From: Minisyncoccia bacterium | GTDB taxonomy: Bacteria > Patescibacteriota > Minisyncoccia > Phycocordibacterales > UBA1006 | Direction: 5' to 3' | Length of the DNA stretch: 64,000 nucleotides | Assembly: GCA_044229075.1 (NCBI GenBank) | Contig: JBGATS010000004.1 | Coordinates: 878-64,877, forward strand | Shown: positions 10,543 to 19,509 of the stretch, piece after piece | Layout of the letters: each line of letters begins with the position of its first letter | Numbering within the stretch: the stretch's first letter is position 1 | The notes under the pieces: generated by a model | The model's input: only the letters and a program-made list of their open reading frames with translations | Database searches by the model: none | Told to the model about the DNA's origin: nothing | Translations under genes and position numbers: made by a program

Positions 10543-11028
10543 TTACTTATCTAAATCTTCCTCAAAAGTAAGACAGATATACTCTGGGCGATCTTTATAC
10601 CAACCAATAGCACCAGATGAAAGTTCATATCGAACAAAAACGTCTCCTGGGTATACAATCGGGTATTGTTCGTGCTTGGGTGAATCAATACCAATTTCCA
10701 AGCTTTCTGACTTAGCGATTTGAAATGCCTCGTCACGAGTGATAGGTAAATCCTTCATTAATGATCCATTCTTTGAAATGTTAAACTTTTTCAGAGAAAC
10801 AATTGTATCGTTTTGCGATTGTTCCATCAAATAATTTTCGATTAATTTCCACTCGCGAGTGGAAGAAGTATCTTCAGTAGATACCTTTTCAGGAGATATT
10901 CCCCTGTTTGGAGAAAGGTACGTTATTTTTGGGATAATTACCTGAGCAAAGAATAATCCAAAGGTTATTATTGCAATCATAGCAATTGAGAAAAAGGTTA
11001 CTTTTTCTGAAAATTTTTTACTTTTCAT
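10543..11028 (-). CDS. Hypothetical protein with N-terminal membrane anchor
   Basis: 161-aa ORF, one TM, upstream TTGACA. Confidence 0.65.
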   Translation of the reverse strand: MKSKKFSEKVTFFSIAMIAIITFGLFFAQVIIPKITYLSPNRGISPEKVSTEDTSSTREWKLIENYLMEQSQNDTIVSLKKFNISKNGSLMKDLPITRDEAFQIAKSESLEIGIDSPKHEQYPIVYPGDVFVRYELSSGAIGWYKDRPEYICLTFEEDLDK

Positions 11029-11263
11029 TTTTTTTTAAATTTATAAGGTTATACAATATTTACAAAACAGATTACTGTTTTTGGATAGATTGTCAAGCTT
11101 TCTGTTTTGTGGTATGTTTTTACTGTACAAGTTTCTCCTTTCTCTCTTTTGTTTTTTACTCTGTTTTTCCTCTCCTCTTGTACGTTTTATTCCTCTCTAC
11201 TTTTGATTTTCTGTTTGGACACATTCATCTCAGAAATTCTTGTATTGTATCAACAATGTTATT

Positions 11264-12775
11264 ATGACCACTCTTGTTCTCTCACTGGTTGCCGGATTGA
11301 TTGCCGGTTACTTTGCTCGGGTACTATTTGCCCGATTCCAACAAAAATCAATCGAAACCGACGTTGCAGAAATCATGTTGCAGGCACGCACCGACGCCGG
11401 AAAAATTATCAACGATGCAGAATCACGTGCGGAAAAAGTCCTGACCCAGAGTCGGGAACTTGAACGTGATCGTGAACGTGAATTTGCAAAAACCAAGGAA
11501 CACTTGGAACGTCGTGAGCAAAATCTGGACAAACGACAATCGGACATGGATCGTGATTACGACCATCTGAAAACAAAAATTGAAGAAGTAAAAGAAATCA
11601 AAGAACGCGCGGAGGAAGCCCTACGGGCACGTAATGCAGTCCTGGAAACTGTTGCAGGACTCTCGACCGCGGAAGCGCGCGACGTACTCCTCCGTGAGGT
11701 CGAGGAAACTACCCAGGCCGACCTGGAAACACGTAGTCAAAAACTCGCGCTCTTTGGTGAAGAAAAATTAAAAGACCGCGCACGCAGTATTCTCACCCTT
11801 GCAATTAATCGTCTGGCAGCCAGCACTGCAGGGGAACTCACCACGACATCAGTCAGTATTGAAAATGACGAGGTAAAAGGAAAAATCATTGGAAAAGAGG
11901 GGCGCAACATCAGAACGTTCGAACGTATGGCTGGTGTAGAACTCTTGATTGACGATGCGCCGAACGAAATTATTATTTCTTGTTTTGATCCCATCCGCCG
12001 ACAGGTGGCGCGGGTAGCACTGGAAAACTTGTTAAAAGATGGGCGCATCCAACCCGCAAAGATCGAAGAATTCATCGAGAAGGCTCAGGCTGAAATTCAC
12101 GAAATCGTCAAGAAGAAAGGTGAAGAAGCCATGTATGAATGCGGTATTATGAACGTTGACCCGCGTGTTGTATCAATTCTGGGGCGACTCCATTTCCGTA
12201 CTAGTTACGGACAAAACGTTTTGAGACACAGTTTAGAGGTTGCCCATTTGTGCGAAATGATTGCCAGCGAGGTTGGTGCGGATCCGTATATCGCAAAATT
12301 TGCAGGACTCGTCCATGATATTGGAAAAGCACTCGATCATGAGATCGAGGGAACCCATGTGGAAATCGGTATCCGGGTACTCCAAAAATTCGGCGTAGAT
12401 GAACGCGTAATTATCGGTATGCGCAGTCACCATGATGAATATCCGCACGAATCGTTGGAAGCCGTCATTGTGCAAACCTGTGACATGATCAGTGGTGCGC
12501 GGCCTGGTGCGCGACGAGATACATTGGAAAATTATATTAAACGCTTAAAGGAGCTCGAGGCGGTTGCCGGAACATTCCAAGGCGTGATGAAGGCCTACGC
12601 GCTGCAGGCGGGACGAGAAATCCGAGTATTTGTTCATCCGGATCAATTGAATGATCATCAGGCACGTCGTGTTGCACGTGATATGGCAGTAAAAATTGAA
12701 CAAGATTTGCGTTATCCGGGTGAAATCAAGGTTACTGTGATCAGAGAGAATAGAGTGATTGAATATGCTAGATAA
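11264..12775 (+). CDS. rny: Ribonuclease Y
   Basis: N-terminal TM, coiled coil, KH (KGKIIGKEGRNIR), HD domain (HDIGK). Confidence 0.97.
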   Translation: MTTLVLSLVAGLIAGYFARVLFARFQQKSIETDVAEIMLQARTDAGKIINDAESRAEKVLTQSRELERDREREFAKTKEHLERREQNLDKRQSDMDRDYDHLKTKIEEVKEIKERAEEALRARNAVLETVAGLSTAEARDVLLREVEETTQADLETRSQKLALFGEEKLKDRARSILTLAINRLAASTAGELTTTSVSIENDEVKGKIIGKEGRNIRTFERMAGVELLIDDAPNEIIISCFDPIRRQVARVALENLLKDGRIQPAKIEEFIEKAQAEIHEIVKKKGEEAMYECGIMNVDPRVVSILGRLHFRTSYGQNVLRHSLEVAHLCEMIASEVGADPYIAKFAGLVHDIGKALDHEIEGTHVEIGIRVLQKFGVDERVIIGMRSHHDEYPHESLEAVIVQTCDMISGARPGARRDTLENYIKRLKELEAVAGTFQGVMKAYALQAGREIRVFVHPDQLNDHQARRVARDMAVKIEQDLRYPGEIKVTVIRENRVIEYAR

Positions 12776-12850
12776 AAACCACCAAATTAATTTGGTGGTT
12801 TTTTCGTGAACTGATTAATGAAAGAATACAAGCTTTCAATCATTAATATA

Positions 12851-13660
12851 TTAAATAATCTTGTTATATAATTCCTTTACACGTCGTTTATAAGTAATAT
12901 CACTATCAAAATAGTCAGTGCTAAAATTTGGATTAGAAAGATAAATATCTTTCTTCACAATACCTTTCTCAAGCTCCAAGAAGCCGATTGCTTTTTTTAT
13001 TAATTCTGTCGGTGTAATCCAATAAACAGGGTTTACATTTGTGGAAAAAATATACGGTCTTTCAATTAGTTCGTCTGCTGATAAAATTGTACTAGTGTTA
13101 AATAAATATATATTTGCATTTTGATTATTTAAATGAATTTCTCTTGAAAAGGATTCAACGATCTCTCGTGACTTCCGAAATGATGTAAAGCATTCAATAT
13201 TATGTACGTCTGCAAGTGATCCAAATGAAACAATATTTAATTCGCAATTATTCTTCTTTGATATTTTATCAAGACCTGTAACTATGGTTTGATATGCGCC
13301 AGCAACTAAACTGTATACATCATCATTAATACCATCCTTATTATGATCGTTTTCAATAACAATATTTAAATTCTCATCAATCTCGGTCTTAAATTCACCG
13401 ACTGAATGAAAATAATTAATTTTATCAAAAGAATGTTTTGGGATTTTACTAATAAATTCTTCAATTGACTTTGAATCCGTTAGGTCCACATTAATTGCTA
13501 AATGATGATCTGGTAATACAGACAGTGATTGCAAGGCAACTCCTTTTCGTGAAATACCATATATTAATGTATCATGTTCTAATAAGTATTTTTTCAACAC
13601 CTCTTGTCCCATAGAAGCAGATACTCCCGAAATTACTACAAGTTTTTTATTTGTATTCAT
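12851..13660 (-). CDS. Divergent SDR/Rossmann-fold oxidoreductase-like protein
   Basis: VVISGVSASMG glycine-rich motif, VDLTD. Confidence 0.6.
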   Translation of the reverse strand: MNTNKKLVVISGVSASMGQEVLKKYLLEHDTLIYGISRKGVALQSLSVLPDHHLAINVDLTDSKSIEEFISKIPKHSFDKINYFHSVGEFKTEIDENLNIVIENDHNKDGINDDVYSLVAGAYQTIVTGLDKISKKNNCELNIVSFGSLADVHNIECFTSFRKSREIVESFSREIHLNNQNANIYLFNTSTILSADELIERPYIFSTNVNPVYWITPTELIKKAIGFLELEKGIVKKDIYLSNPNFSTDYFDSDITYKRRVKELYNKII

Positions 13661-13770
13661 AATAAACATAATATAACACATAATATTAATTATGTCACAT
13701 TATATATCAATAATTATATAACTGTAAATAAAATATTTACTTTTAACTATTTTAGTGCCATACTCTGTAT

Positions 13771-14598
13771 ATGAATTTGTTCCCAAAAAAATCCATAGAG
13801 ACTGCAATTATTACCCATTTACAATATAAATCATGGGTTATTGTTGAATTGATTGAGGAATTGCGGATGAAGAGACCAAAACTTTCAAAACAGGCTGTAT
13901 ATCAAATCTTGAGAAAACTAAAAAAATCAGAAATCGTTATTGTAACAAGTAAACGAGTTGCATTATCCAGTATTTGGATTGATCGAATGCATGAATTCTT
14001 TACAGTTGCAAAACTCGCCTATAAAGGATCAGATACATCGTCAGAGAGTTTTATGAATCTTATCGACGGAGATCGTATTGTGTATGAATTCAAAGATCCT
14101 ACCGCAACAGATATTTTCTGGGGACATGCTATGGGATTACTCATAACTCACATGAAAATCAATGAACCTGTATTGCTGTATAATCCGCACCAATGGTTTT
14201 TATTAATGCGTCCAGATAGTGAATTACACTTGATTAAACAGTTTGAATTCATGGGACATCCATGGTTTACCTATATTCCATCAAAAACAAGTTTAGATAC
14301 ATATGCAAAGTCTTTGTTTTCTGGCACAAGTTCCTGTTATTTGGGTGATACCCATTATTTTAAATCCAATAGATATATTAATGTATTTGGTAATTTCCTT
14401 ATTGAAGTTGATATTGATATGCCAACTCACACCCAAATTGAGCATATTTTCAAAACAGAATCGGACCCAGGTAATGCGCAGAAAAAATTAGTATCACTGA
14501 TCGCTCGTATGCACGGCCGTAATAAGCTCACCATTTCTCGTAATGCAAAAAAAGCTGAGAAATATCGACGTGTCTTCAAAAAATATTTTATTTTGTAA
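13771..14598 (+). CDS. Winged-HTH transcriptional regulator-like protein
   Basis: SKQAVYQILRKL HTH; divergent from the SDR-like gene. Confidence 0.65.
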   Translation: MNLFPKKSIETAIITHLQYKSWVIVELIEELRMKRPKLSKQAVYQILRKLKKSEIVIVTSKRVALSSIWIDRMHEFFTVAKLAYKGSDTSSESFMNLIDGDRIVYEFKDPTATDIFWGHAMGLLITHMKINEPVLLYNPHQWFLLMRPDSELHLIKQFEFMGHPWFTYIPSKTSLDTYAKSLFSGTSSCYLGDTHYFKSNRYINVFGNFLIEVDIDMPTHTQIEHIFKTESDPGNAQKKLVSLIARMHGRNKLTISRNAKKAEKYRRVFKKYFIL

Positions 14599-14621
14599 AA
14601 ACCTCTTGCATGAAGAGGTTT

Positions 14622-15119
14622 TTACATTTCTTTTATATCTGTAACAATATAAATATTTTCTCGACTCGTAATATCACCATCCCCTGGAATATCACCATAA
14701 ATAGCTGTTATTTCATATTTCTTACCTTCAGGAATAGTCCAACCCCAGAAATCTTCACCCATTAATTCTTTTCTTGTTACAATGATACTTTTATTATTCT
14801 TTATATCGAATAACACCTTGCCCTTTACTACACTATCACTACTCACATCAACATAACTATCTTCTTTTCCTGTATATAAATATATTCTTTTCTCCAAGAA
14901 AAATGGAGCAGTATTCTTTGTTGTGGTAAATTCCAGTCGATCCTTTGATTCAGAATTTATTGTAGTACTTAACTCTTTTGCCTGGTCAAAAACAATTTGT
15001 TTTTTGGACATATAATCAAATGGTATTATTCGATCTTTTGAGAACAAAAATATACCCGATACTAGTATCGTACCAATAATAAATCCAAATAGAACGTGAA
15101 TAAATGTTTTCATATGCAT
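14622..15119 (-). CDS. Hypothetical membrane-anchored protein
   Basis: 165-aa ORF with N-terminal TM. Confidence 0.6.
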   Translation of the reverse strand: MHMKTFIHVLFGFIIGTILVSGIFLFSKDRIIPFDYMSKKQIVFDQAKELSTTINSESKDRLEFTTTKNTAPFFLEKRIYLYTGKEDSYVDVSSDSVVKGKVLFDIKNNKSIIVTRKELMGEDFWGWTIPEGKKYEITAIYGDIPGDGDITSRENIYIVTDIKEM

Positions 15120-15151
15120 ATAAATTATGTGCTAAAAATAAAGACAAACTT

Positions 15152-15379
15152 TTAATCAAACATCCTTCTTTTATGCTTTTCTTTTCCTTTTTTCAACTCT
15201 TTCTTTTTATCGACATGTCCACCTGTTTTAAACGTTTTTCCAAACGGCGCTTGATTATTTTTCAGCTGAGCCTCGTAATCGGCGTGACGTATCGTATTAC
15301 TGTGTAATTCACGCTTCTGTTGCTCTATTTTTTCTGCCTGTTTTTTGTTTCCAGGATTTTTTTCGAAATTTAGTTTCAT
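15152..15379 (-). CDS. Small basic hypothetical protein
   Basis: 75-aa ORF with a -10-like box just upstream. Confidence 0.55.
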   Translation of the reverse strand: MKLNFEKNPGNKKQAEKIEQQKRELHSNTIRHADYEAQLKNNQAPFGKTFKTGGHVDKKKELKKGKEKHKRRMFD

Positions 15380-15428
15380 ACCTTAAAGTATACCACAAAA
15401 AAGCCTGTTTTTACAAACAGGTTACAGG

Positions 15429-15752
15429 CTATCTATTTTTTCTACCCGAGAAGTTTAATTCTTTTAACAATTCTTCAAGTTCATTACTTTTTGTAAAAGA
15501 ACTATTTTCTACAAAAAGAGTAACTTTTTTTGTATCACAATGAGGAGAAATGGCAAAAGATTTAATAAATCCGACCTTCTGTGCCTCTGTCAGTTTTTTT
15601 ACAAACATAGGTTCTTCTCCTCTTTCAAGAGAGAAAACTAATTTTCCTTCGGTGACACTCACTGTTCGTAAAACACTATTAACGGTAATATCAAATAATT
15701 GTTTATCCTTATTACCTTTACTAAAAAGTTTTATTTTTTGAAAAAAGCTCAT
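15429..15752 (-). CDS. Hypothetical protein
   Basis: 107-aa ORF with own TTGACT promoter and terminator. Confidence 0.55.
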   Translation of the reverse strand: MSFFQKIKLFSKGNKDKQLFDITVNSVLRTVSVTEGKLVFSLERGEEPMFVKKLTEAQKVGFIKSFAISPHCDTKKVTLFVENSSFTKSNELEELLKELNFSGRKNR

Positions 15753-15955
15753 ATTTCATATTTTAGGTGAACAAATTTGTTTTAACTATAACTATTTTAG
15801 TAAAAAAGTCAATATTTCCCATTTTATAAAAAATACCTTATACTATAAAGGTCTTTTGTGTATCCTTGAAAAAGGTACCCAAGAGCTCTAGAGCATTATC
15901 ATTTTAACCGAATAATCTTCCAAAGGCCTTGGAATTATTCATTTTATCTACTACT

Positions 15956-16228
15956 ATGAACAAAGCAGACCTCGCAACAATGGTTCACGAAAAAATCGGC
16001 GGAACCAAAGTACAATCAGAAGATGTTGTGCAATCAATCTTTGACGCTATTACTGCAACCTTGAAAAAGGGTGACGATGTGTCTATTGCTGGATTTGGAA
16101 TCTTTTCAGTTACCAAAAAAGCTGCACGTATGGCACGAAACCCAAAAACTGGGGAAATGGTACAAGTAGCTGCAAAAAATGCTCCAAAATTCAAAGCTGG
16201 AAAAGCATTGAAAGATGCAGTAAAATAA
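15956..16228 (+). CDS. hup: HU family DNA-binding protein
   Basis: MNKADL...GFGIFSV..KAARMARNPKTGE...PKFKAGKALKDAV. Confidence 0.97.
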   Translation: MNKADLATMVHEKIGGTKVQSEDVVQSIFDAITATLKKGDDVSIAGFGIFSVTKKAARMARNPKTGEMVQVAAKNAPKFKAGKALKDAVK

Positions 16229-16295
16229 TCAAAAAATCACCGTCGAGACCGGTGATTTTTCCTTGCATTTTTTTATTATTCTGCTATTATCTGTA

Positions 16296-16375
16296 CCGGG
16301 ATTGTTAGATTTTTTCATATGTTGATTTTGCGCCTCTATAGTTGCTGTGAAGCTGACTATAGAGGTTATTTTTTT
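16296..16375 (+). ncRNA. Candidate stand-alone small RNA
   Basis: TTGCAT-16-TATTAT promoter, about 80 nt without a plausible CDS, hairpin CCTCTATAGTT...GACTATAGAGG plus T-run. Confidence 0.3.
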
Positions 16376-16450
16376 ACTTGAATACTCATGATAAAAAATA
16401 ATGAGCATTCCTCTTGATTTAAATTCAAAATATGCTACGATAGACCTATT

Positions 16451-16521
16451 GCGGTGTTAGTTTAGTGGTAGAATAACTGCCTTCCAAGCAGTGGACAAGA
16501 GTTCGATTCTCTTACGCCGCA
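16451..16521 (+). tRNA. tRNA-Gly(TCC)
   Basis: Cloverleaf; ACTGC-CTTCCAA-GCAGT anticodon arm; GTTCGATTC T-loop. Confidence 0.96.
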
Positions 16522-16707
16522 CATAAAACACAGGGTCTGGACGCGAATGCGTTTGGGCCTTTTGTTTTACTTGTGAATAAAGAATCGAAAGCGGGAGCTG
16601 GTTTACGAAATCTGAAGCGCAGCGAGAGATTTTGTCAGCGAGGGCGGTGCGGGGCAGTAAGCTAGAATTTGAGCGTAGTGAAAAATTATAACCACTGATC
16701 GTGACCT

Positions 16708-16723
16708 ATTCTCTTACGCCACA
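16708..16723 (+). repeat. Partial duplicate of the tRNA-Gly 3' end (att-like)
   Basis: ATTCTCTTACGCC at 16506-16518 and 16708-16720. Confidence 0.7.
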
Positions 16724-16773
16724 CAACATTAAAAGCAGGGAAATTCCTTTGGAATTTCCCTGCTTTTAATGTA

Positions 16774-17760
16774 TTAAATCTCTTTCACCACTTCAAAACC
16801 ATTTATACTACCCGTAATTGTTAAACCAATTACCTCCCCAGCTATTTTTTGATGTTTAATCTTTTTAGCAAGAATATTTAATGTTGCCCCAGATCCTGTA
16901 AAGTCATCGATAATCATTACTTTTTTAAAAGTATAATTTTTATTCACCACTACCATGGTGTTTTCTGCATTAATCATACGATCTTGAATATCTTTTAAAC
17001 TTTTTTGTTGAACCATAATAGGTGTTGCAATTTTCTCAATAAAAACCTGTGGTAGGTCAATTTTTATTTCTCTTGCCAACTCTTTCATAAACTGAATTGT
17101 TCGTGGAACGGTTGGTGGTACGAACGCTATCGCATCAGAATTAATGGTCTCAATTACCTGTTGTATTTCTGGAAGAACTTTTTGGAGAACTTTCTTGATT
17201 AACATTTTATTTTGTGTTTGTTTTCCATGGAATAGCCATGTTGCAATTTTTGTTTTCCCAAATAGAGGCAAACTGTGTGGGTGTAGATAGAGTAGTTTGT
17301 CAAGAAAAACTTCATTTTTATTAAATGACCGAGCTAATTTATTCGTTGCGTCTATTACACTATTTTTCTTGAGCCGGTCATACTCTTGGATTAATTGAAC
17401 ATATTCTGACGCTTTTTTTTCTAAGTCAAATTTTCGATCATAGCACCAAATATTGAAACCTTGTATTCCTTCAATTTCATTCCCATCTGGAGTAATTAAT
17501 GTAAAGTTTTCATTAATTGTATTAATTGCGTTATTGTCAATAGAATTACTTGACGTTACTACTTGAGAATCATTTTTGTTTATTGAATAATACACCTTTG
17601 GTGGTTTTCCTTGTTTCACTAAAATACCCTTTTCTACAAGAGTTTTGAGGTGGCGATGGGTCATCTGATAGCTAATTCCAAGGAACTCAGTAATTTGATT
17701 TGGAGTAAGTTGCTCACTTTTTCTTATGAAATCAAGTATTTTTTGTTGATTTATATTCAT
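16774..17760 (-). CDS. HTH plus phosphoribosyltransferase-domain (ComF-like) protein
   Basis: N-terminal wHTH; PRPP-binding motif MIIDDFTGSGATL. Confidence 0.8.
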   Translation of the reverse strand: MNINQQKILDFIRKSEQLTPNQITEFLGISYQMTHRHLKTLVEKGILVKQGKPPKVYYSINKNDSQVVTSSNSIDNNAINTINENFTLITPDGNEIEGIQGFNIWCYDRKFDLEKKASEYVQLIQEYDRLKKNSVIDATNKLARSFNKNEVFLDKLLYLHPHSLPLFGKTKIATWLFHGKQTQNKMLIKKVLQKVLPEIQQVIETINSDAIAFVPPTVPRTIQFMKELAREIKIDLPQVFIEKIATPIMVQQKSLKDIQDRMINAENTMVVVNKNYTFKKVMIIDDFTGSGATLNILAKKIKHQKIAGEVIGLTITGSINGFEVVKEI

Positions 17761-17933
17761 AGTTTATAGTTTACTATAAACTATAAACTAATGCAAGTAA
17801 TTAAAAACCACCCAGGAATTCCTGGGTGGTTTTTCATTCCCTTTGCTTGTTTATGAGTCTGTAAAGTAGAAGTATCAGTTGTACCGTCTTTCATAGTAGA
17901 GAAGTCGGCGAGGAGAGAGGGTGTTAAAATGTT

Positions 17934-17956
17934 GTCATTCCTGCACAGGCAGGAAT
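17934..17956. repeat. REP/dRS3-like short palindrome
   Basis: GTCATTCCTGCACAGGCAGGAAT. Confidence 0.5.
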
Positions 17957-18223
17957 ATTGCATTTCAACGACCGACTCCTTATATAATATTCGATACTAC
18001 CCCTATTTTACCTCACAAACAAGCAAAGAGAGCGGTGGAAATTGTGAAGCAATTTCCACCGCAATTGTATTTTCGCGGTTGTTCCAATCCGTCCACTATT
18101 GGACATGCCTATAGCAAGCCTATAATGAACGGAATAAGAAATTCAAATACTATTGATTTTTATAAAAAATATGCTATTCTAAATTTAGATAGCAAACTAT
18201 CTAAATTCTATAAACTCTATTAT

Positions 18224-19336
18224 ATGCATATATATCAACGTACAATTGAAAAAAGAATTATAGGAAAATTGTTTCAAAATAAAATTATTACCATTTTGGG
18301 TCCACGTCAATCTGGAAAAACCACTCTCTCTAAATCAATTATCGAACCATTTGGTGATTCTGGGAGGTATTTTAACTGTGAACTTTTGGAAATAAGAAAT
18401 AATCTTATTCCAGGAAAACCTGAAACTCTTTATGAATTTGTTAAGCATTATAAAATTATTGTACTTGATGAAGCTCAAACCGTTGAAAATATTGGGTTTA
18501 TTCTAAAAAACTTTGTTGATACTTACCCTGAAATTCAGATTATTGCAACTGGATCAAGTTCTTTTGATTTAGCAAACAAAATTAACGAGCCAATGACAGG
18601 GCGCACATATGAATTTACCCTGTACCCATTATCATATAGTGAGCTTGATAGTGTTAATCTTGATCAAGCACTAACGTTTGGTATGTACCCGGGAATCGTT
18701 TCTGCGGAAATGGCTGATAGACGTGATCGCCTTCAAAATATTGCCACTAATTATCTATATAAAGATATCTTTAATTTTGAAAATATTCGCAAACCGATGG
18801 TTTTTGAAAAGCTTGTAAAAACTCTAGCACGCGAGATTGGAACGCAGATTTCAACCGACCGACTTGCAAAAACACTTGACACTAACAAGGCAACCGTAGA
18901 ACGCTATATCGCACTATTGGAACAAGCATTTATTATAAAGCGACTGTATTCCTTTTCAAGAAACCTCACCTCTGAACTAAAGAAAGCCTATAAGGTATAT
19001 TTTTTAGACATTGGTTTACGTAATGTTCTTGCAGAAGATGTGGTGTCACCTGAACATCGTGCAGACAATGGTCATCTATTCGAAAACTTTTTTATTATCG
19101 AACGAATAAAACATATGTCGAATATTGGCCACTACCCGTCACATTATTTTTGGCGAACCTATGATAAAAATGAGGTTGATCTGATTGAACTCGAAGCTGG
19201 CAATATTTTTGCATTTGAATGTAAATATACATCTGATCAATTTACAAAATCACTTCATACATTCAACAAAACGTACCCTGGATCAAAAATCGCTCTTGTA
19301 CATAAAAATAATCTCGATGATTTTTTTGGTGTATAA
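18224..19336 (+). CDS. AAA_14 ATPase with DUF4143-type C-terminal domain
   Basis: GPRQSGKTT, LDEAQ, ATGSS, KVYFLDIGL, GHLFEN, FWRT...EVDLI...AFECK. Confidence 0.9.
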   Translation: MHIYQRTIEKRIIGKLFQNKIITILGPRQSGKTTLSKSIIEPFGDSGRYFNCELLEIRNNLIPGKPETLYEFVKHYKIIVLDEAQTVENIGFILKNFVDTYPEIQIIATGSSSFDLANKINEPMTGRTYEFTLYPLSYSELDSVNLDQALTFGMYPGIVSAEMADRRDRLQNIATNYLYKDIFNFENIRKPMVFEKLVKTLAREIGTQISTDRLAKTLDTNKATVERYIALLEQAFIIKRLYSFSRNLTSELKKAYKVYFLDIGLRNVLAEDVVSPEHRADNGHLFENFFIIERIKHMSNIGHYPSHYFWRTYDKNEVDLIELEAGNIFAFECKYTSDQFTKSLHTFNKTYPGSKIALVHKNNLDDFFGV

Positions 19337-19509
19337 TTCCTTTTTCCCTATCCACCCACCAATTACTTGATGAGTGGAATAAGAAAATCAAACAAGACGA
19401 CCAAGTCTGTTTGAATGTAATTTTCATATTTATCATAATACCACAATTACACTATTTTTTCATAACACAATTAAAATTTTGTAATACAAAAACAGCTTTT
19501 TAAGCTGTT

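Noticed and set aside
17921-18223. N-terminal 100-aa extension of the AAA ATPase
   Set aside because: Runs through palindromic non-coding DNA; the family-typical start is MHIYQR at 18224
16774-19336. HTH-PRTase plus AAA ATPase as a defence operon
   Set aside because: The genes are divergent and both families often occur as singletons; no supporting partner genes are visible
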